Virus record (IMG/VR): IMGVR_UViG_3300047557_002430
Span: 23,089-87,088 of that record
Origin: a virus
DNA length: 64,000 nt
Reading direction: 5' to 3' (one strand)
Shown: positions 17,829 through 26,671 of the stretch, piece by piece
How the letters are laid out: each line of letters opens with the position of its first letter
How positions within the stretch are numbered: the first letter of the stretch is position 1
Position numbers and translations under genes: made by a program
Notes under the pieces: generated by a model
The model's input: only the letters and a program-made list of their open reading frames with translations
Databases searched by the model: none
Told to the model about the DNA's origin: nothing

Positions 17829-19370
17829 ATGGCTCCACGGATAGACGCAAATCTTTTGCGGAGGTTTGCGGAGAGTGCTCTCTCTGCGCTGGGGGATACA
17901 GGTGAGCAGATGCTGCGCCAAGCGGGATATTCGATTCCGGATGTAACGGGCGCAACCTTACGGAAAGCTGCGCAAAAACCTGCAGGAATTTTCAAAGCCC
18001 CCGTGGCTGAAGCAGGTGAGCGAGCTGTACAAGGCACATATCGCTTAGGTCGAGAAGCTGCGCAAAAAGCAGCTCCTAAAGCGCAAGAAGTTTTAGAACA
18101 AACTATTCGTGCGGTTGCCCCTGCGCGCCGAGCTGAACCTCCGGTTATGGGTGTGTTCACTCCCCCCGCGAGCCCCGCTGTTCGTTCCGTTGTAGAAGCT
18201 GCCCCTGATATTGCACGCACTCCTACCGGTGCTCCTGAGGCTCCTGTCCCTTTGGACGGACGTCAGCTCGATCTCTTTTCCGGTTTTAACCGTTTAACTT
18301 ACCCCAAAGGGACTGTTACCGCTGAAGGCACAAAGGTCGGGGGCTTAACTTATAACCCCGCAGACGTAATGCCTGAGGGCGAGTCCACGCAGTTTGTTCG
18401 TGAGCTTGCTCGTAAGTACGGAATTGACGAAGATTTAGCGCTGCAACAAATGCGCAACCCAGGCCCAAGCTTGGCTGACGAAATGTACGGACAAGAGATC
18501 CCGCGTGGTACAGGGCTCTTCTCAAGTCCGACACGATTTGGTGTATATCAAGCACGGAACTTAATTGGCAGCAAAGTAGCAGATCTTGCTCAATTAGCTC
18601 GCGAGAATCCTGATTTAGTAGCAGGGGGAGCTGCTGGTCTGGCTGGTTTAGGTTTGGGCACTTACGCTCTTACACGCCCCTCTTCTCCTGCCGCACCTGA
18701 GACCCCTGCGGAAACTCCGATGGGTCCGACCACAGAAACTGTGGATGCCGGTGGATTAATTAACGACCCGGAAGCTGCCCAAAATCGAATCCGCGCTATC
18801 CAGCAGGTTGCAGCAGCTCAAGAACCGGGCGCTCGTGCTCAGTTAGAGACTCCGACTTATCGAGGTGCTGACGGCCAGACCGTCATTGTCACCCGTGGCG
18901 AGAATGAAGCGCTGCGTTCAGCTAAGCAGCAGTACGCTAAACCTTCTCAGGGTCAGGAAGCGTTACAGAAGTATTACCGTCAGCGTCAGGCTTACGCTAC
19001 ATACCCTCAGTATCGCGAAGAAGTTATTTCTGAGCTTACTAAGCGTAATGTCTTAGATACTCCTGAACTCGTCACCTGGGCTAAGTCCAATCCGACTTTG
19101 GCCTACGAGTTGTTACGAAAAGCTACTGGATCTACCACATTACCTAGTCAGCAATCTGCTCAAGTTAAGCAGACTGTTATTGGTACTCCTATGGGTACTA
19201 ACACAACCAATAATGCTGTAGGTAACGCCACTGCTGCTGGTTTAAACGCCGCTACAGGGACTCAGGCAGCGTCTGAGCTTACGGATGCTACAAGGCCACA
19301 GGTTTATGAGCAGATTCAGCCGTTAGATCCTCGCTTGATCTATGGTTCCTCTTTAAACCTCTTACGTTAA
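17829..19370 (+). CDS. Ala/Pro-rich putative internal virion protein
   Basis: 513 aa with central hydrophobic GGAAGLAGLGLG segment typical of ejection proteins. Confidence 0.55.
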   Translation: MAPRIDANLLRRFAESALSALGDTGEQMLRQAGYSIPDVTGATLRKAAQKPAGIFKAPVAEAGERAVQGTYRLGREAAQKAAPKAQEVLEQTIRAVAPARRAEPPVMGVFTPPASPAVRSVVEAAPDIARTPTGAPEAPVPLDGRQLDLFSGFNRLTYPKGTVTAEGTKVGGLTYNPADVMPEGESTQFVRELARKYGIDEDLALQQMRNPGPSLADEMYGQEIPRGTGLFSSPTRFGVYQARNLIGSKVADLAQLARENPDLVAGGAAGLAGLGLGTYALTRPSSPAAPETPAETPMGPTTETVDAGGLINDPEAAQNRIRAIQQVAAAQEPGARAQLETPTYRGADGQTVIVTRGENEALRSAKQQYAKPSQGQEALQKYYRQRQAYATYPQYREEVISELTKRNVLDTPELVTWAKSNPTLAYELLRKATGSTTLPSQQSAQVKQTVIGTPMGTNTTNNAVGNATAAGLNAATGTQAASELTDATRPQVYEQIQPLDPRLIYGSSLNLLR

Positions 19371-19384
19371 ACTTAATAAAAACG

Positions 19385-19696
19385 ATGAACTCTTTTCCTG
19401 ACTATAGTTTCGTCTTCAATCCCAGTCCCTCGGCAGCTCCTGCTACCAAACCAGGGACTGATTGGACGGCAATTGGTTTAGGTGCCCAAGATTTTCTTAC
19501 AGGAATTGGGGATGTTGTTCGGGCTGTTCGTGGCGTGCCCGAATCACCTTATCGTGTCGCCGGTTCGCGTCTGCAAGAGTATCTGAAATCTCAAAAGGAG
19601 GATGACTACCTCCAGCGGTTGTTAGGCACAATCCTAAGTTCTAGGTCAAAAGAATCGTCTTCTTTTGATCCTAAAGCTGGTAAACCCGTAATTTAA
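19385..19696 (+). CDS. Hypothetical protein (RVAG motif)
   Basis: 103 aa ORF in the virion operon. Confidence 0.55.
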   Translation: MNSFPDYSFVFNPSPSAAPATKPGTDWTAIGLGAQDFLTGIGDVVRAVRGVPESPYRVAGSRLQEYLKSQKEDDYLQRLLGTILSSRSKESSSFDPKAGKPVI

Positions 19697-19718
19697 TCTA
19701 AAGCATTAGGTAAGCATC

Positions 19719-20273
19719 ATGGCCTCGACGAGCACTAACAAACAACCTTGCTTAATCGATCGCCCCTTTCTTAGGGGTGCTCGCGTTACATCGGCTACGC
19801 AGAAGTGCGATCCCACTAACCCAAACCTCACCGATCTAATTCAATTAGTCCGCGTGGGGGATCTTCCTTCTGAAGATGCTGCGCTTGTAGAGGACATCAC
19901 AATCGTCAGTAATGAGGATTATCCGAATAACGCTGGCGTTCGTACAGCCGATATAGGACTTTACGTGTATGCGCCTAACCAGGCGGCACCTTCAACATCG
20001 TCGGCTTTAATGGTTGGCCGTTTTGAGGTTGGCCTGAGCGGCGATACATTTGGTTATCCTCTTCCTGTTCAACTTTTTGCTGTTAATGCTCCTGTTCCCA
20101 AAGTAGGAGACACGTCCATAGTGGCTCCCATACAAGTTGGTAAGGGAGAGGGTTTGTACCTCGAAAAAGGTTACATCCTCTGTGCTGGATACATCGGTAA
20201 CGGCCCTTCATCTGTATCGGGTGGCCTTAGTTCGTCCGGTATTACAATCTGGTGTCAAGGAGGGTTCTATTGA
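19719..20273 (+). CDS. Putative beta-rich structural protein
   Basis: 184 aa; GLYLEKG..L ... QGGFY C-terminus typical of small virion proteins. Confidence 0.55.
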   Translation: MASTSTNKQPCLIDRPFLRGARVTSATQKCDPTNPNLTDLIQLVRVGDLPSEDAALVEDITIVSNEDYPNNAGVRTADIGLYVYAPNQAAPSTSSALMVGRFEVGLSGDTFGYPLPVQLFAVNAPVPKVGDTSIVAPIQVGKGEGLYLEKGYILCAGYIGNGPSSVSGGLSSSGITIWCQGGFY

Positions 20274-20785
20274 TAAAGAGTGGGCTCAACATGAGCCCAT
20301 TTTTTGTTCCTTTTTATTAAAGAAATACATACTTGAGAAACACCATATTTATTAGCTAAAGATAGCTGTGTTTCGTTTGTAGTTGCGAGCAGTAGTTTTA
20401 TCTCAGCTACTTCTCTTTCAGTAAGTTTGCTTGCTCTATTTTTAGATCCAGTATTATTAGGTTGATTAAACTTTCTTTTATTTTTTTGTTGTTCTGATCT
20501 AGAAGACCATTTACAGTTTGAGGGTTCGTAGTTTCCGTCATTATTTATACGATCCAAGGAATATTCTTGGGAGGGTTTTTCTCCCATATCGGTTATAAAA
20601 TTTAGAAAACCTTCTTTCTGGTATTTTTTTGTTTTATCTGGCAGCCACCGGTCACATATTGTTATTCCTCTTCCTCCGTATCTGGGATAAGCCGAATGAT
20701 TTTTTCTGTAGCAACGATCTACCATAGATTTATAAGTATTCCAGAGAGGATGCGCACACAAACATACATTTGTCATAATGTTCAC
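20267..20785 (-). mobile_element. Free-standing HNH homing endonuclease with C-terminal HTH
   Basis: HPL...Y.SM..RC ... YGGRGI.IC.RW ... F..DMG..P ... SLDRINNDGNYEPSNC.W; KLTE..V..I + HTH; AT-rich, antisense. Confidence 0.88.
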
Positions 20786-20806
20786 AGAAACTTATTCTAA
20801 GGTATC

Positions 20807-22339
20807 ATGGCCAGAAAAAAAGGGTCCGACAATTTTGGGTTTCGTGATTTCAAGGCATCAAAACCTGTAGAGCAACCGAAAACGATACGGGGCTCGGACA
20901 ATCGTTTAGAGTTGTCCAGCCCTTTGCCGTTTAAGCGGAGATTTCGTCCAGCTACGGGGACGAAAGATTTTAGTGTTATAAGCGAGTATGACTACGCTTC
21001 GCTCTGGGTGCGTTGGCGCCGTGGCTATGAGCTTGCGATGTACTCTCAGCAAGCTTATGACGGATTAACTTACTCTTTTAAATATTTTCCTCAGGGAAAC
21101 CCAGGAACAGGTGTCTTCGTCCCTGGTGCTTGCTTTATGTATCCCACAACGCGTTCTGACATGCGTATGTGGATGGTTGGGGTCAGACCTCGTGACTCTT
21201 TTAACTTTCTAAATTTCGGTTACTCCGTATCGTCTGTAACTAAGTACAACGAAGACACTTATGCTGTTCAATTAAATACTCGGTTTGGTGCCCCTATATC
21301 CTTCTTTACAGGAGAGGTTTTATCTAATCGATTTAATGCAGATGGATCTGAAAAACAGTACGGGTATAACAACTACACGGTCACAGCCGTGGGTTTTAAT
21401 AACGTCCCTCTAACACCTACGTTTGCCCCTATTTTTAATACACTGTTTTTATCAATAAGCAGAGATAAAAGTTGGTCTGTTGTTGACGCAACGACACTTG
21501 CTGTTCCCGCGTCTGGTCCGCCAGCTATTGGCGAGTATCTGACAACTGAAATGCGGGCACAATGCACATGCCCTGATTTCCTCAATCGTGAGAATTTAAA
21601 TTTATGGGATGTGTCTCTGCGTCAGCGGTATCCATACACGCGTGTTCAGAACATGGATCCGGGTTTTTATGACGCTGGTCCAAACCAAGCACAGCGGCTT
21701 AATAACTCCTCAGATGATCCCGGCTATGCACGGGCCTTCGGATTTATCTACTTAAACGAAATTTATAACATAGCAAGTTACTCTGAAGCTAGTTATTCAG
21801 ACCCTAACTTGTATTACTTTCAGCCCAAATGGTGTAAGCATATATACGCTGCTATGTGGGATATGCAGTTGAGATACAACCAGACGACAACGACTTCACC
21901 GTGGGTTCTTCATCAGCCGAATGATGAGCCTATGAACGAATACTACAGGGAGAAATTCGATAGAGATTTAGAGAAACAGTTTACGTTCTTGAAGCGCGAG
22001 AAAGATCTGGTGTGGTGGCAACGATATAGCCCGACAAAGGACGGTATGCCTGACCGCATCATGTTGCCTGATATGTACAACATGATGGCGAAAACATTAA
22101 ATGTTGGGGGGTTAGACAGCGCCACGCCTATGCGTCCGCAGGCGTTTGACATGTTTACGTTTGATACCTTTGATCCCTTTGCTCCTGTAAGTCCAGAAAA
22201 CCTACAGGTTTACGACGGCGGTACGTATGCGTACGGTTCCCCGGTATCAATGCCGGTTAACATACTGGACGGAACAACGTATAAAAACGGTACACAAGCT
22301 TTTGTACCTGCTTTTGCTTTAAACGGAGGAACTTATTAA
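20807..22339 (+). CDS. Large putative tail-associated protein with SWIM-type Zn finger
   Basis: CTCPDF ... WCKHIYA; C-terminal DGGTY/DGTTY/NGGTY repeats. Confidence 0.55.
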   Translation: MARKKGSDNFGFRDFKASKPVEQPKTIRGSDNRLELSSPLPFKRRFRPATGTKDFSVISEYDYASLWVRWRRGYELAMYSQQAYDGLTYSFKYFPQGNPGTGVFVPGACFMYPTTRSDMRMWMVGVRPRDSFNFLNFGYSVSSVTKYNEDTYAVQLNTRFGAPISFFTGEVLSNRFNADGSEKQYGYNNYTVTAVGFNNVPLTPTFAPIFNTLFLSISRDKSWSVVDATTLAVPASGPPAIGEYLTTEMRAQCTCPDFLNRENLNLWDVSLRQRYPYTRVQNMDPGFYDAGPNQAQRLNNSSDDPGYARAFGFIYLNEIYNIASYSEASYSDPNLYYFQPKWCKHIYAAMWDMQLRYNQTTTTSPWVLHQPNDEPMNEYYREKFDRDLEKQFTFLKREKDLVWWQRYSPTKDGMPDRIMLPDMYNMMAKTLNVGGLDSATPMRPQAFDMFTFDTFDPFAPVSPENLQVYDGGTYAYGSPVSMPVNILDGTTYKNGTQAFVPAFALNGGTY

Positions 22340-22914
22340 TGACATCAACCCCTGTTGTCTTTCTCTTAAAAAGATCTGGTCTCTCCTCAGACCGTCCTAG
22401 CGGCGTTATTCTGCAGGGAGGCGAGCCTGCGCTTTGTTTTGGTGCTGCAGACCCAGGACTTTACTTTGAAGATTCTGCGGGTTCTGTTCGCAAAATAGGT
22501 CCGGCTCATTACGGAACGACGGCGCCTAACTCTTCTCCGCAGGGATTAGCGGGAAACTCTACCGGTGAGTTATGGACCGATAGCTCAACTTCAGAGTATT
22601 ACTTAAAAGTTTGGACAGGATCAGCGTGGCAGAAAGTAGGGGCTGCGTTTTCCGACTCCGCCACCATAGCTACCTCGGCTGCTACTGCGGGTTCCGCTGT
22701 ATTAGCGTCTGGCGCTGTTTTGGCGTCCGGAGCTATTTTGGCCTCCGGAGCAATCCTTGCGTCAGGTGCTATTAAATGCGCAGACATTGGAGTGAGTGGA
22801 TTACCCGCCCCCAGCAGCTATGCTTCCGGGTCGCTCTTCTACCAAATACAGCCTTCAGGATCCTTTGGTGCGGGACTGTTTGTTAGGGCCTCAAATACTT
22901 GGCTTCAGGCCTGA
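22339..22914 (+). CDS. Tail fibre-like protein
   Basis: N-terminal LKRS..RP..L..GE fibre domain, GELW.D...LKVW.G.AW motif, 4x (A[VI]LASG). Confidence 0.7.
   Translation: MTSTPVVFLLKRSGLSSDRPSGVILQGGEPALCFGAADPGLYFEDSAGSVRKIGPAHYGTTAPNSSPQGLAGNSTGELWTDSSTSEYYLKVWTGSAWQKVGAAFSDSATIATSAATAGSAVLASGAVLASGAILASGAILASGAIKCADIGVSGLPAPSSYASGSLFYQIQPSGSFGAGLFVRASNTWLQA
22696..22767 (+). repeat. Four 18-nt coding repeats encoding A[VI]LASG
   Basis: Peptide unit conserved while synonymous codon positions differ between units. Confidence 0.85.
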
Positions 22915-23444
22915 TCGCGCAGCGTGGCCTTTAAAAACCACGCGGCTTTGAACATCATTTTGACAAGATCCGCCATGTAGTTTTCTACATCGGGTGCTTG
23001 TGCTTCGCGAGCGAGAACGCCGGTTTCCTTCGCCATCATGCCTGCGTTCTCTAAATTCTTTACGTAGGTCGTCAACGCCTCGCGGGCGGTGTAAGATTTA
23101 ACATGTTTGAAACCTTTGTACGCTCCTGTTAAACCTCGTGCACACATAGGCATGAGGTAATCCATGGAGCGAACAAACTCAGCAACACTGTCGAATTGAT
23201 CGATGTGATCTTCGTACTGTTGTTTTAAAAACTCGTGAATAGGTAAAAACAGAGGGCCTTCAATATTTAAGTGAATGAGGTGAGCTTGTAAGTACAGTTG
23301 ATTTAAATAAGACCCAACGACTACAAGTTGATCGATAAGTTCGCCAACTGTAGCCGTCGGTTTTTGCTCCGGCGCCTCGGACTGCATAAATCCCCCAGCG
23401 TGGGGCATCTCTGCGGGTGTTTCGAAAGCGCCGGAGAGAGTCAT
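22905..23444 (-). CDS. dps: Dps / ferritin-like DNA protection protein
   Basis: AHLIHLNIEGPLF..IHE....QYE....FD..AE.VR ... K.AWFL.A. Confidence 0.88.
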   Translation of the reverse strand: MTLSGAFETPAEMPHAGGFMQSEAPEQKPTATVGELIDQLVVVGSYLNQLYLQAHLIHLNIEGPLFLPIHEFLKQQYEDHIDQFDSVAEFVRSMDYLMPMCARGLTGAYKGFKHVKSYTAREALTTYVKNLENAGMMAKETGVLAREAQAPDVENYMADLVKMMFKAAWFLKATLRDQA

Positions 23445-23445
23445 A

Positions 23446-23715
23446 TCAGAATTGGCAGGCCGAAGGCGCCGCCACGGTTTCTTCAGCCTCTACTTTAGCG
23501 GTAGAAGAACTTTGAAGATACTCTTCGAGTGCTGTTTTATTCACTCGGTACAGCGATTTAGCACCGTTGGGCTGGAGGTTAACGTAAACGGATTTAGGCC
23601 AACCGCCAGGCTGATTAGCCTCCGACAGAGCAATACGCTTACGAACAAAACCGGAGCTGCAGTTTAAAAGCTCAGCAGTTTCTGCAATGGTCAGGAGTGT
23701 CTTACCGTCCGGCAT
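23446..23715 (-). CDS. Excisionase/HTH_17-like DNA-binding protein
   Basis: Likely start MPDGK; LLTIAETAELLNCS..FV.K ... YRV....LEEY. Confidence 0.7.
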   Translation of the reverse strand: MPDGKTLLTIAETAELLNCSSGFVRKRIALSEANQPGGWPKSVYVNLQPNGAKSLYRVNKTALEEYLQSSSTAKVEAEETVAAPSACQF

Positions 23716-23842
23716 TGTATATGCGGAGAAAAAGCAACGCATTTATATTAGCTCTATTTGTTCTGTGCACAGCGGGACTTGTGCGACTAAAGGAGTTCTT
23801 AAGATTTGTTTGAGCTAGCATGAATTCACAAAGGTAAGACTC

Positions 23843-24091
23843 ATGACGATCCGGCTCGCTGGTGAAATTTTTAAAGGATACAACGTCCCTAAGCGAGATG
23901 TTCAAGGCGGAAAAGAGTTCGCCGTGGCGGCTAAGGAGGGAGATCAGGTTCGTTTAGTGCGGTTCGGAGACCCCAATATGGAAAATAAGAGCGACGATCC
24001 TAAACGACGTGCTGCATTTCGCTCTAGGCACAGTTGTGACGAGAAAAAGAGTAAGTTAACACCAGGCTACTGGAGTTGCAAATCATGGTAG
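23843..24091 (+). CDS. Small basic phage protein (DUF6321-like), N-terminal RLAG motif
   Basis: VRFGDPNM ... RR.AFRSRH.C ... GYWSC..W. Confidence 0.75.
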   Translation: MTIRLAGEIFKGYNVPKRDVQGGKEFAVAAKEGDQVRLVRFGDPNMENKSDDPKRRAAFRSRHSCDEKKSKLTPGYWSCKSW

Positions 24092-24176
24092 TATATAACT
24101 ATTAAGTAATTCTGTGTTCCGCCTTAGTTTGTTTGTTTTCTGCTAGAGCTAGACTTGAATTAGCTGGCTTAGGAAC

Positions 24177-24428
24177 ATGGCTTCGCGTAAGTCTGATGAG
24201 TCTCAGAATATAAACTGTCAGCTTACACTTGAAGACGAGTTTGTTCTGACCCGAATCAGAGCAAAGGCGTACTCTTTATCTAATAAAGATCGAGACCAGT
24301 ATTTGTGGTCTACCGTTTTCAAATTAATTTGCCGCGAACGTGCCTATAAAGCTGTTATGGCTGAAGTAGGAATAGCGATGGACACTAACATGAACCTGTT
24401 CGATGATGACCTTGAATTAGAAGAATAA
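24177..24428 (+). CDS. nblA: NblA-like phycobilisome degradation protein (divergent)
   Basis: LTLEDEF.L......A.SLS.......L.....KL..RE.AYK resembles the NblA pattern L[ST]LEQ.F...MS.EQ...L...RE..Y. Confidence 0.6.
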   Translation: MASRKSDESQNINCQLTLEDEFVLTRIRAKAYSLSNKDRDQYLWSTVFKLICRERAYKAVMAEVGIAMDTNMNLFDDDLELEE

Positions 24429-24484
24429 ACCGCCCGCGTGGTTTTACAATAGGTAATAAGAAACGTTTAGCGGTTTTTGCTGGC

Positions 24485-25819
24485 ATGGCTACGGATTACA
24501 GAGAGCTAGCTCGGCAAAAAGCTGCTAAATATGGGTTAATACCCGAGGTTTTTGAGCGGCAAATACAAGCTGAATCTGGGTTTAGCCCTGATGTAATTTC
24601 GGGTCAAAGGAAGTCTAGTGCCGGTGCTTTAGGTATTGCCCAAATAATGCCTTCCACGGCGGCTTCGTGGGGAGTTAATCCCTTAGATCCTGTCGCAGCC
24701 TTAGATGCGGCAGCCAAAAATATGGCCGCATATGTTAAGACATTCGGAGGAGTGGGAACAACAGATCCTGTAAAAGTTCGTACAGCGTATGAAAAAGCTT
24801 TACAGGCATATAACGCTGGGCCAGGCAGCGTAGGTAAATATCTGCCAGCGGAGACTAAAAGCTACATCAGCAAAATTGTAGGCCCCGACAAGTTCAGCTT
24901 TACCGAAGCTGTTCAACGCGGTGTGGGCGCTACTGTTAGTTCTCCAGACACTGCACCCGCTCCAACTCCTGTTGAGCCTATTAAGTTACCTCGGTTTGAT
25001 TTCAAGGGAGCATTAACCGATATCGTCTCAAGTTTTGCTCAGAAAGTTAACGCACCGTCAGAAAGCTCGAATGCTTTTAAATATTTAGAGCTAGCTAATG
25101 CTCTTGATCAATCTGGTAATCCGGAAAGTTCCGCTCTCGCTGAGGCGTATAGGGCAAAAGCTTTAGAAGCTTCTATGCAACCTATATCAAAAAATAGACC
25201 AGAACCTACAGATTTGTTAGGTCAGATTTTGCAAGCAAAAGTAAAAGAATCGCAGCATAACGCTGAGGCCGCAGCATTAGAACAACAGATAAATAAATCC
25301 ATAGGAGCTACTCAGACTGCAACTACGGCTCCGACACAATTAACTCCGGGTAAAGGATTAGCTCTAAAAGGGGTGACGATAACCTCCCCCGTAGATACTT
25401 CAGGTGAACCTGGGTTTGACTTTGTTATTCCCGGCGGACGTGGTGCCACTTTTACAACTCCGTTTAAAGCTCAGGTTCTTAAAGTTGTTAATGATCCTTG
25501 GGAAACCAATTTAGAGAAAGGGCCTGGTCGTAGGGGTTACGGAAACTACGTTGATGTACGAGGGGTTGACCCCATAACAGGGCGTCAATTTGATGTTCGG
25601 TTAGCGCATTTTGATAAACTGAACCCAGCCTTAAAGCCCGGTGCCGTAATCGAAGCGGGTACACCTATTGGTACTCAGGGAAGGTCAGGTTCTACAACCG
25701 GAGCGCACGTATCCGCCGATTTCTACGACCCAGGAAAAAACACAGCGAGTGCAGATATACTTAAATTACGTGACAGAATTCGCGATAGACTGGCTAAAGG
25801 ACTTCCAGTTTTCGAGTAA
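24485..25819 (+). CDS. Virion-associated lytic transglycosylase + M23 peptidase
   Basis: SLT motifs AESG, SSAGALGIAQIMP.TA, AYNAGPG; M23 motifs GYGNYV, LAH, G.SG.TTG.H. Confidence 0.85.
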   Translation: MATDYRELARQKAAKYGLIPEVFERQIQAESGFSPDVISGQRKSSAGALGIAQIMPSTAASWGVNPLDPVAALDAAAKNMAAYVKTFGGVGTTDPVKVRTAYEKALQAYNAGPGSVGKYLPAETKSYISKIVGPDKFSFTEAVQRGVGATVSSPDTAPAPTPVEPIKLPRFDFKGALTDIVSSFAQKVNAPSESSNAFKYLELANALDQSGNPESSALAEAYRAKALEASMQPISKNRPEPTDLLGQILQAKVKESQHNAEAAALEQQINKSIGATQTATTAPTQLTPGKGLALKGVTITSPVDTSGEPGFDFVIPGGRGATFTTPFKAQVLKVVNDPWETNLEKGPGRRGYGNYVDVRGVDPITGRQFDVRLAHFDKLNPALKPGAVIEAGTPIGTQGRSGSTTGAHVSADFYDPGKNTASADILKLRDRIRDRLAKGLPVFE

Positions 25820-26379
25820 TGGGTGCCCCTAAGTCACAAACATTAAACGTACAAACTCCTAACTTTAATGAGGGGCTTGCGCAGCGTATTATTCAAGACG
25901 CTATTCAAAAGCAGTCTGAAACCGAAGGTAAATTACTCTCTCGTGGCGATTACTACAAAGGTCTTGAAAAAGAAGCACAATTTCAATTAGGTAGCCTATT
26001 TGGTCGTAGTGGAGAAGAAGCCCGGAAAAGTTATGAGGAAGCTTTTGCTGCAGGGATTCCAAATATTAAGTCGGAGTTTGAAACGAGGCAAAGCTTTTTT
26101 AATCCTAGAGTAATAAAGTCTTCTTCTTATGCTGATTTAGCAGACTCTTTAAAGGGCTCCGCTCAAGAGTACACCGCTGGTATGCGCGGAGCTACTGAGG
26201 AAGCTAGTTCTCGGCTATACCAAGCTTTAATGGCTCCCTCCGTTGCTTTTGATGCTGTAGCGCAAACACCTACGTTTAATAAGTTATACGATCCTCGGTT
26301 TATGTCGCTAGCTACAAAGCCTCCCACAGTGCAAAGTGATGTTGACTCTATGAAGAGTCTGTATACATACAATGTCTGA
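25819..26379 (+). CDS. Putative internal virion protein
   Basis: 186 aa helical, MGAPK start, coupled to the SLT gene. Confidence 0.5.
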   Translation: MGAPKSQTLNVQTPNFNEGLAQRIIQDAIQKQSETEGKLLSRGDYYKGLEKEAQFQLGSLFGRSGEEARKSYEEAFAAGIPNIKSEFETRQSFFNPRVIKSSSYADLADSLKGSAQEYTAGMRGATEEASSRLYQALMAPSVAFDAVAQTPTFNKLYDPRFMSLATKPPTVQSDVDSMKSLYTYNV

Positions 26380-26671
26380 CTCTATTAGAGAGTCAAAACA
26401 CGAACGTAAGGTTCGCTTTCATGGCGAAGCCCCGTTTGCGAAACACGATTACCGCTATCGGAGTCGTGGTGTAATACGTATGGCGGGGCAAGTCTGGGCT
26501 GAAAGTGCTCAGGAGCGCCAAAACAGGCTGTTGAGAGAGCGGACCTTAAAAAAGACGCGCCAAACCCCCGTGGGAATCGGATTCGGTGACGACGATTCCT
26601 TCGGCCCCGACGACACGTATAAATCTGTGCGATTTATTAGCAATAGACCCGCCCCAGCGACGTATACATAG
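26372..26671 (+). CDS. Small basic protein (RMAG motif)
   Basis: 99 aa, Arg-rich, overlaps upstream stop. Confidence 0.55.
   Translation: MSDSIRESKHERKVRFHGEAPFAKHDYRYRSRGVIRMAGQVWAESAQERQNRLLRERTLKKTRQTPVGIGFGDDDSFGPDDTYKSVRFISNRPAPATYT

Noticed and set aside
16584-20785. Group I introns carrying the two HNH genes
   Set aside because: Flanking genes end in normal stops and the HNH ORFs fill nearly the whole inserts, leaving no room for a ribozyme core
23446-23742. Excisionase-like HTH as evidence of lysogeny
   Set aside because: No integrase, repressor or att-like site in the window; such HTH domains are common in lytic phages
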